NCBI GenBank assembly: GCA_016192075.1
Contig: JACPUU010000015.1
Location: forward strand, 39,951-103,950
Source: Bacteroidota bacterium
Lineage (GTDB): Bacteria > Bacteroidota > Bacteroidia > Flavobacteriales_D > Crocinitomicaceae
DNA: 64,000 bases
Direction of reading: 5' to 3'
This document shows positions 58,109-64,000 of this stretch, piece by piece. The position numbers and the translations under genes were made by a program. Numbering within the stretch: position 1 is the first letter of the stretch; every line of letters starts with the position of its first letter. The notes below the pieces were generated by a model. That model saw only the letters and a program-made list of their open reading frames with translations, made no database searches and was not told the DNA's origin.

Positions 58109-59593
58109 TCAGGAGTGTTTAACTACCAGTTTTTTAGTCAGCTGCTGGTTATTCTGCGAAATTTTCACAAAATAGGTTCCGGTTGGCAGATGCGCTACAG
58201 AAATGGTTTCCTGGCTGTCTGATGTGCGGATAACAGCTACCACTTCACCAAGAATGTTCAGTATTTCAATTTTTGATTCTCCCTGAAGGCCTGAGATCAC
58301 TACCTGCGTGTTGGCCGGATTCGGATAAAAAACAAGCTCAGTTTCGTGGGCAGCAATTCCAACATCGTCAGTAGTTACCGTTAACATGGTAGAATCTACG
58401 TAGCATTCATTATAAGCATAAAGCCAGACATTGAATGTACCAACGGTGGCATAGGCATGCGAAGGATTGTCCAGATCTGTGCCCGCAGTGGCATCACCAA
58501 AATTCCACCAAGCTGAGTCAGCGTTGGTTGATGTGTTTGTAAAGTCAGCTGTCAAACCATTCTGGGTAAAAGTAAATGCTGGTACCGGTACATCAAGTGC
58601 CACAATTGGCTGTGTAACGTCAACTACACAATAAGGGCTGTTAAAGTCATACCGGAATAAGGTATCCTGCAGCTCAATGTTAAACGTCCCCGCATTTGCA
58701 TACGTGTGACAGGCGCTTGTTAAATCAACGTTTTGATACCCGTCACCCCACAACCAGCGGTTATGTGTGGTTGCGCTTGCGTAGTTTGAATTGTACAGGT
58801 GGTTGGTAAAGTTGCCGGTTTGGGTATAACTTACACAGCCTGCATTTACTGCATCCGGACAAATGGTATCATCTAAAATGGTAAATGGGTCAAACAAATC
58901 ATATTTTACCAGGGGATTCATGAGGTAATCATAGTCTGCTGCAAAATAACTCATGGCAGATACCCATTCATCAAAGGTCGGATAATCCGGATTCTGATAC
59001 AGTGCAAATGAAAAAGATTCGCCATTTCCATCGTTGGCAGTATAGTCATTTGTAACAATTACCAATTCTTCATTTTGCGTTGAATGCATGGCAATTATGT
59101 AGTCAGAATTCATGGTAACCGGTACATCAAAATAACTCTGAACAGCAATGTTGGGCAATATCAGTGAAAAGGAAGTATGCTTTACATAAACGGTATCGCG
59201 GGTAATTTCAGGTCCCAGTGAATCAGGTCCGGGAAGGTAGGTGTGAAGTGATGTAATCACCATGACTGAGTCAAGCGGAGAGGTTTCGTAGGCATAAAAT
59301 TCAACCCCGCTCACGTCTACCGGTTGAGATACTGTAAAGCGTTGTGCACGCCCGGCGTAATAAAAATCATCAACAACGTCTCCGGTACGCATGTATTCCT
59401 GCAAAACACTGGTGGTTTTAGCCAGGCCAATGTAATTGTTAAAGTAAGCCCCGCATGAGTCGCCGGCTGATTTAGTGGTGTAGCCCCATTCAGGCACAAC
59501 GGCATCCGCATTTTGTGGACCGGCAATACCGGGTTGGGCAAAAGTTGCCTGCAGTATAAAAAGGGAACTGAGCGTGAGTAAAATTTTTGTCAT
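58109..59593 (-). CDS. T9SS type-A CTD protein with two PKD domains
   Basis: 494 aa with a signal peptide. PKD motifs WLWGDGYQNV...HTYANAGTFNIEL and WWNFGDATAGT...HAYATVGTFNVWL. The CTD reads FYPNPANTQVVI ... GTYFVKISQNNQQLTKKLVVKHS. Confidence 0.8.
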   Translation of the reverse strand: MTKILLTLSSLFILQATFAQPGIAGPQNADAVVPEWGYTTKSAGDSCGAYFNNYIGLAKTTSVLQEYMRTGDVVDDFYYAGRAQRFTVSQPVDVSGVEFYAYETSPLDSVMVITSLHTYLPGPDSLGPEITRDTVYVKHTSFSLILPNIAVQSYFDVPVTMNSDYIIAMHSTQNEELVIVTNDYTANDGNGESFSFALYQNPDYPTFDEWVSAMSYFAADYDYLMNPLVKYDLFDPFTILDDTICPDAVNAGCVSYTQTGNFTNHLYNSNYASATTHNRWLWGDGYQNVDLTSACHTYANAGTFNIELQDTLFRYDFNSPYCVVDVTQPIVALDVPVPAFTFTQNGLTADFTNTSTNADSAWWNFGDATAGTDLDNPSHAYATVGTFNVWLYAYNECYVDSTMLTVTTDDVGIAAHETELVFYPNPANTQVVISGLQGESKIEILNILGEVVAVIRTSDSQETISVAHLPTGTYFVKISQNNQQLTKKLVVKHS

Positions 59594-59644
59594 AGTTTGT
59601 TCTTTGATTGATTGACGGATTAACCGGAAGTGGGGTTGGAAACT

Positions 59645-62600
59645 TTATTTAATAATGGTTACGTTACCTTCCTGGGCAATTTTGTCCCCTAAAACAGATT
59701 CACCGCTCAGCATGTAAACAAAAGTCTGCGGTGCAAGGTCAGCACCATTTAGTTTTCCATCCCAATATTCTTTTTGTTCGGTAGATTCAAATACAACTTT
59801 GCCCCAGCGATCGTAAATCTGGATGTAGTAATTGAATAAACGGGGACCATTAATTACAAGAAAATCGTTTTCACCATCACCGTTGGGTGAAAAAATATTC
59901 GGGACAAAAACTTCCATGTATCCGTTAATATCTACCAACACGCTATCGCTGTTCTGGCAGCCAATCGGGTCGGTTACAATAACCACATAAAGGGTTGCCT
60001 GATCAGGTACGTCATAGATTTCTGAACAGTCGTCGTTGAGGCATTCTTCCGGGTCAGGAATCCAGCTATAGGTTACATCAGGGTCAGATTCAGCCCAAAG
60101 TTCCACTTCACCGCCAATTCCAATCAGGGTATCATTTCCGGCAACAACATCGGGCAGGTAATTCACAATAATTTTAATACTGTCGGTTGCAAATCCGCAA
60201 AGCGGGTTTGTTGCAGTAACATAGTAAACCGTTGTGGTATCTGGCCCCAGGTAAACAGATTCGCCTGACTGGCTGTCACTCCAGGTGATAGTATAACCAT
60301 TGTTAAGTGCCGTAATTAAAACAGAATCACCAATACAAATACTGACTTTATCTGTAACGCTGACCATTGGAGCTGGCTGAACTTCAATGGTTGCAGTTGC
60401 GGGAGGACCCTCACAGCCATTGAGCGTTTCATAAATGTTATAGGTTGTAAAACCATTTGTAAGCGGTGGTGTAAAGGTGGTACCGGATGCAACGTTTATT
60501 CCCAGTGAATTTTCCCATGCAATGGAGCCGCCGATTGTTGGTGTTGCCGTTAAAGCGGTTGGTAAATCACCCTCACAGTACAGCATGTCACCTGTAATAG
60601 TGGGTGCGCCAGGGGTGGGCTTAACAGTAATATTGATTGCTGTTTCAGGACCCTCGCAGCCGTTTGCTGTTTCAGTAATGTACAGGGTAAACATACCTAC
60701 CGTTAGGGTTGGATTGTAGTTTAACAGTGTTGACAATACCGTTGCCGGTGGTATATTGTCATACCAGGTAATGGTGCCTCCAAGCGAAGGTGTTCCGGTA
60801 AGCGGTGATGGTAAATCTCCGTCACAATAAAGTGTGGTTCCGCTCCAGATTGGTGCCGGTGGAATAGGGAAAACAGTAATGGTTACGTTGTCTGATGGGC
60901 CTACGCAACCCAGTATAGGCTCAGTAGTTGCTGCATAATAGGTAACCACACCAACACCCTGAACCGGTGTAAATGAAGTGCCGGTTCCCAGCGGCGGGCC
61001 TGTCAGTCCTGAATTGTTGTACCAGTTAACGGTTCCGCCGCCGCCGGATACTACGGTAAGTGCGGCTATGGCATCACCATCACAATACTGTGCACTGGCA
61101 GCAATATCTACGGATGGTGGAACAATAACATTTAAGGTGCCCGTTCCGGAGAATGTTCCGGTGCATCCGCTTCCGGTAACAGCGGTAATGGTATAGGTTC
61201 CGTCCTCGGTAACGTTCAGGTTATAAATCATGGTTGAAATTCCGGTGATCGTTGTCATTGGGCCGCTCGGGCCATTCACATCAAGTGTAAAAGGGGGTGT
61301 GCCGGTAAACGTTACCTGCAAATTGGCACTGGTTCCGTCACAAATAGTCTGGTTGCCGCTGATTGTTGCCGTTACCGCAGGATAGGTGGAAACCTGCACA
61401 GAATCAGTTATGGTGCATCCGGTAGCAGGGTCTGTTACAGATACATGAAACATGGTAGAAGATGGTACGGTAGCTGTTGGGTTTGCCAGGTTTGATCCGC
61501 CGCCCAGCATGCCGGCATTGTCCCATACATAGGTGTAGGCAGGTGGCACAAGACCGCAATTGACCGTAAAAGATTGTGTGTTTCCGTCATACCAGGTTGC
61601 CCCTGCAGCCACTGAAACCATGGTTGTACCAGACTCATCCAGTATCATGTACGAACATTCAAAAGGGTTAAGTGCTCCGTCAATAACGGCATCAATAACA
61701 GTTCCCTGGTCAAAACAAAGGTTCACCGTATCAGAGGTTGCTGCGCCCCCTGAACCGGCTACAGGTGTGTAGGCACCAACGAGTACCCCGTCAGCATAAA
61801 TTTCAACATAGTTTACGCCACCACCTGTCCAGCCATCTCCCCAGGTGTCATTCAGTACCAGGTCAAAACAACAGGTATTGCCAACAAAAGGGGCCGCATT
61901 GGCGTGAAGCCCGGTAGAAGAATTGGGACAAATAGGTGAGTTGTCTGCGGTAGGGTCTACTTCAAAGCCAACACCAACCGGAATGACTACTGTGCTTGAA
62001 CAGCCTGCGTTATCAGTAACAGTAAGTGTTACATCATGGCTGCCTGCGCCGGTAAATGTGAATGAGGGGTTTTGCAGGTTGGATGTGCCTAAGCCGTCAA
62101 AATTCCAATCCCAGTCAACAATGGTGTTATAAGCTACAGAAATATCGGTGAAGTTAATGACCTGTCCCGGGCAGTTTGTAGGGGATATGGTAAAATCAGG
62201 CTCCAGTGCAAGGCCAACAATCTGTTCGTTGTCATAGGTGCTGGTTGCGCCGGTCCAACCCCATAATACGTTCGGGTTTCCTCCAAACTGGTTTGTAACA
62301 AAGTCACTTGTTTCAGTCATGGCAACCGCCCCGTCTACTTCAACCGTAATGGTTTGGGTAGCACCGGCTGTCCAGCTTATTTTTACCAGGTGATCATCAC
62401 AGTCTTCAACATTGGTATAACCAGGTTTAATGTTTACCGGTGCTCCTGAAAGGTTATTGGGGTTGGTGGGGTTGTGATCAATGCTGCCGTTGGTAAATAA
62501 ACCAAGGTGATCTGTACCAATATCGTAATTATTCAAAGCGAAACTGTTGTCATAGGTATCAAATTCTACCGCCAGCGTATTGCCGGTCATGCCCTGGTAA

Positions 62601-62896
62601 CCCATAGATCCCGGGGTCCCTGAACCAACTGCCCAGGGGCCGTTTCTGAATACAAAAACCAGCCCGTCACCGCCAAAATTATCACATCCGAAATTGACAC
62701 TGAAAAGCAGTTCAAAGCTAATTCCCAGGTTGACTGCAGCAGTTTTGTAAAAAGAACCGGCCTGGTTAGGTGAGTCAGGCGTTACGGAAATGTCGCAGGG
62801 AGTGTTCTGCACTGCGCTTCCGGTCAGTGTAAACTGAGCTGTGGTTTGAAATCCTGCAAAAAGAACAGGAATGAATATGAAAAGTCGCTTAAACAT
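59645..62896 (-). CDS. large cell-surface protein: L-type (legume-like) lectin domain, PKD domain, WGDGW module, Ig-like CxGD repeats, T9SS type-B (gliding-associated) C-terminal domain
   Basis: 1083 aa. Lectin region: GGDGLVFVF ... LAVEFDTYDN ... GTDHLGLFTNGS. PKD: WDWNFDGLGTS...GSHDVTLTVTDNAGC. Repeats of the form YC(D/E)GD...GG(T/S)I.W. Type-B CTD: VPNIFSPNGDGENDFLVING ... IQIYDRWGKVVFES ... YWDGK ... GNVTIIK. Confidence 0.8.
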   Translation of the reverse strand: MFKRLFIFIPVLFAGFQTTAQFTLTGSAVQNTPCDISVTPDSPNQAGSFYKTAAVNLGISFELLFSVNFGCDNFGGDGLVFVFRNGPWAVGSGTPGSMGYQGMTGNTLAVEFDTYDNSFALNNYDIGTDHLGLFTNGSIDHNPTNPNNLSGAPVNIKPGYTNVEDCDDHLVKISWTAGATQTITVEVDGAVAMTETSDFVTNQFGGNPNVLWGWTGATSTYDNEQIVGLALEPDFTISPTNCPGQVINFTDISVAYNTIVDWDWNFDGLGTSNLQNPSFTFTGAGSHDVTLTVTDNAGCSSTVVIPVGVGFEVDPTADNSPICPNSSTGLHANAAPFVGNTCCFDLVLNDTWGDGWTGGGVNYVEIYADGVLVGAYTPVAGSGGAATSDTVNLCFDQGTVIDAVIDGALNPFECSYMILDESGTTMVSVAAGATWYDGNTQSFTVNCGLVPPAYTYVWDNAGMLGGGSNLANPTATVPSSTMFHVSVTDPATGCTITDSVQVSTYPAVTATISGNQTICDGTSANLQVTFTGTPPFTLDVNGPSGPMTTITGISTMIYNLNVTEDGTYTITAVTGSGCTGTFSGTGTLNVIVPPSVDIAASAQYCDGDAIAALTVVSGGGGTVNWYNNSGLTGPPLGTGTSFTPVQGVGVVTYYAATTEPILGCVGPSDNVTITVFPIPPAPIWSGTTLYCDGDLPSPLTGTPSLGGTITWYDNIPPATVLSTLLNYNPTLTVGMFTLYITETANGCEGPETAINITVKPTPGAPTITGDMLYCEGDLPTALTATPTIGGSIAWENSLGINVASGTTFTPPLTNGFTTYNIYETLNGCEGPPATATIEVQPAPMVSVTDKVSICIGDSVLITALNNGYTITWSDSQSGESVYLGPDTTTVYYVTATNPLCGFATDSIKIIVNYLPDVVAGNDTLIGIGGEVELWAESDPDVTYSWIPDPEECLNDDCSEIYDVPDQATLYVVIVTDPIGCQNSDSVLVDINGYMEVFVPNIFSPNGDGENDFLVINGPRLFNYYIQIYDRWGKVVFESTEQKEYWDGKLNGADLAPQTFVYMLSGESVLGDKIAQEGNVTIIK

Positions 62897-62902
62897 GTCT
62901 TA

Positions 62903-62910
62903 CAAAAGTA
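62903..62910 (-). promoter_or_regulatory. putative -7 box (TACTTTTG) 6 nt upstream of the lectin-gene start codon
   Basis: The minus strand reads TACTTTTG-TAAGAC-ATG. Confidence 0.3.
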
Positions 62911-62998
62911 AACGAAAATAACAGGTTATGTGTTGGTTAATACGTTGAAATAATAAGAAAAGTTGCTTGGTTTTGTTACAAGTTAAGAGGATCGCGCC

Positions 62999-63006
62999 TA
63001 AATTTG
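62999..63006 (+). promoter_or_regulatory. putative -7 box (TAAATTTG) 5 nt upstream of the arsC-family start codon
   Basis: The plus strand reads TAAATTTG-GAAGC-ATG (63012). Confidence 0.3.
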
Positions 63007-63011
63007 GAAGC

Positions 63012-63356
63012 ATGATTGAAATGCTACACCATCCATACTGTACCAAAAGTTGCGCAGCCCTTGATTTTGTTAAGGCCAACGAGTTGAATGTTACAGTGAT
63101 TGACCTGACAGTGCGTAAACCTGACCGGCCGTTTTTGATAGATTTGCTTAAAAAGCTGGGAATTCCGGCATTTGAACTCGTTCGAACTTCTGAGCCGGTT
63201 TACCGCAAAAAATTTGAAGGAAAGACGTTATCTGAAGATGAATGGATTGATGCCATTGTTGCACATCCCATTTTATTGCAAAGACCCGTTTTTATTGATG
63301 GAGATAAAGCGGTTATTGGAAGACCCGTGGAGAAAGTATACGATTTGCTGAAATAA
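63012..63356 (+). CDS. ArsC/Spx/YffB-family (glutaredoxin-fold arsenate reductase-like) protein
   Basis: About 114 aa from ATG 63012. N-terminal HHPYCTKSCAAL matches the family CxKS motif. The C-terminal ILLQRPVFIDGDKAVIGRP is typical. Confidence 0.7.
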   Translation: MIEMLHHPYCTKSCAALDFVKANELNVTVIDLTVRKPDRPFLIDLLKKLGIPAFELVRTSEPVYRKKFEGKTLSEDEWIDAIVAHPILLQRPVFIDGDKAVIGRPVEKVYDLLK

Positions 63357-63358
63357 AA

Positions 63359-63386
63359 AAGGATAATTGCACGGGCAATTATCCTT
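63359..63386. terminator. bidirectional terminator: perfect 12-bp palindrome AAGGATAATTGC-ACGG-GCAATTATCCTT
   Basis: Lies between convergent stops (63356 and 63412) and is preceded by an A-run on the plus strand. Confidence 0.7.
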
Positions 63387-63411
63387 CACAAAATCTATCA
63401 ATAAAATAAGT

Positions 63412-63570
63412 CTATTGCTTATTGTTGTTGTCAACCAAACGTTTAGGGCGTAACATGTGCAGGGCACCAATGGTTAACCAATATGGAACCATAAATCCCA
63501 TTAAGAAAGCCAAAATCCAGAAAGCCATAAGGCCGACTACAAGAAAGAATGCTAAACCAAGTGATGCCAT
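63412..63570 (-). CDS. 52-aa hydrophobic small membrane protein (below the ORF-track size cut-off)
   Basis: Hand translation gives MASLGLAFFLVVGLMAFWILAFLMGFMVPYWLTIGALHMLRPKRLVDNNNKQ, with two TM-like segments and a basic tail. It ends just before the palindromic terminator. Confidence 0.5.
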   Translation of the reverse strand: MASLGLAFFLVVGLMAFWILAFLMGFMVPYWLTIGALHMLRPKRLVDNNNKQ

Positions 63571-63644
63571 GATAAGATATTATTAATTTTGTTCCTGTAA
63601 ATTTACGAGGTAAAGATACTATAAATTCTGAAATAAAAAACAAA

Positions 63645-64000
63645 ATGGAATATAGAATTGAAAAAGACACCATCGGTGAGGTAAAGGTTCCGGCCGATAA
63701 ATACTGGGGAGCACAGACCGAACGTTCACGCAACAATTTTAAAATAGGACCGGCTGCTTCGATGCCGCTTGAAATTATCAGGGGATTTGCCTATTTAAAA
63801 AAGGCGGCTGCTTATGCCAATACAGATTTAGGTGTTTTGCCGGCTGAAAAACGGGATAAAATTGCTGCTGTTTGTGATGAAATTCTGGCGGGTCAATTAA
63901 ATGATCAGTTTCCGTTGGTAATCTGGCAAACAGGTTCCGGTACGCAATCCAATATGAATGTGAATGAAGTTATTGCCCACCGGGCTCATGTGCTGGCAGG
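63645..64000 (+). CDS. fumC: class II fumarate hydratase (partial; 5' end only)
   Basis: Hand translation from ATG 63645 gives [35 protein letters not shown] ... [23 protein letters not shown]. The frame is open to the window end, so it is missing from the ORF track. Confidence 0.9.
   Translation, partial: MEYRIEKDTIGEVKVPADKYWGAQTERSRNNFKIGPAASMPLEIIRGFAYLKKAAAYANTDLGVLPAEKRDKIAAVCDEILAGQLNDQFPLVIWQTGSGTQSNMNVNEVIAHRAHVLA

Noticed and set aside
60477-62132. Several 67-80 aa ORFs (plus and minus strand, off-frame) within the large lectin gene.
   Set aside because: They are typical shadow ORFs in a long GC-richer, Gly/Thr/Pro-rich coding region. None has independent support.
63443-63736. 97-aa minus-strand track ORF.
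   Set aside because: It overlaps the fumC start region on the opposite strand. It is in a different frame from the more plausible 52-aa membrane ORF, and its composition is not protein-like.
1-64000. Scanned for CRISPR arrays, IS elements, integrases, prophage or defence-system genes, rRNA and tRNA.
   Set aside because: I saw no regularly spaced direct repeats, no transposase-, integrase-, nuclease- or helicase-like ORFs, and no cloverleaf or rRNA-like segments. By eye the window looks like core chromosome plus surface-protein genes. A computational repeat and tRNA scan would be needed to be certain.

Overview
This is a chromosomal segment of a Bacteroidota genome. I infer the phylum from T9SS type-A and type-B C-terminal sorting domains, many lipobox or signal-peptide proteins, TAnnTTTG -7 promoter boxes and no obvious Shine-Dalgarno sequences. 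There are about 63 densely packed protein genes. I saw no rRNA, tRNA, CRISPR array, transposase, integrase or recognisable phage or defence gene. Content in order: (1) the tail of a heme-copper oxidase operon: ctaB, two subunit-III genes, subunit IV, and two SCO-type chaperones with a TerC gene between them. (2) An envelope-polysaccharide block: a WecA-like initiating transferase bracketed by two paralogous Wzi-like barrels, then fcl, gmd and cysQ. (3) Housekeeping genes: deoC, tonB, gcvH, prfB, panD, tyrS. (4) An uncharacterised four-gene envelope operon: lipoprotein, 1123-aa WG-repeat protein, CpsB-type PHP phosphatase, putative outer-membrane protein. (5) A nucleotide-sugar precursor cluster (rfbB, a WbpA/B/D/E-like set, uxs, ugd) next to waaA. 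(6) tatA, gatA and an mltD-like gene; icd; a truncated hemoglobin; an OmpA-like gene; tsaB. (7) A T9SS cargo island: two type-A cargos, a 1083-aa L-type-lectin/PKD/Ig-repeat type-B cargo, and an orphan histidine kinase packed against gpmI. (8) An arsC-family gene and the start of fumC. Three likely real genes are missing from the supplied ORF track: the SCO1 gene at 1-590 and fumC at 63645-64000 (both run off the window), and a 52-aa membrane ORF at 63412-63570. Several track ORFs start at upstream TTG/GTG codons, and I trimmed those to better-supported starts. All calls come from motif and family recognition by eye; no database search was possible. I found no clear-cut new system. The best candidates for follow-up are the lipoprotein/WG-repeat/PHP-phosphatase/OM-protein operon (21594-28096), the WecA gene flanked by twin Wzi-like barrels (5673-9894), the T9SS cargo island (52516-62896), and several structured ORF-free spacers (19210-19374, 32177-32322, 40831-41174).
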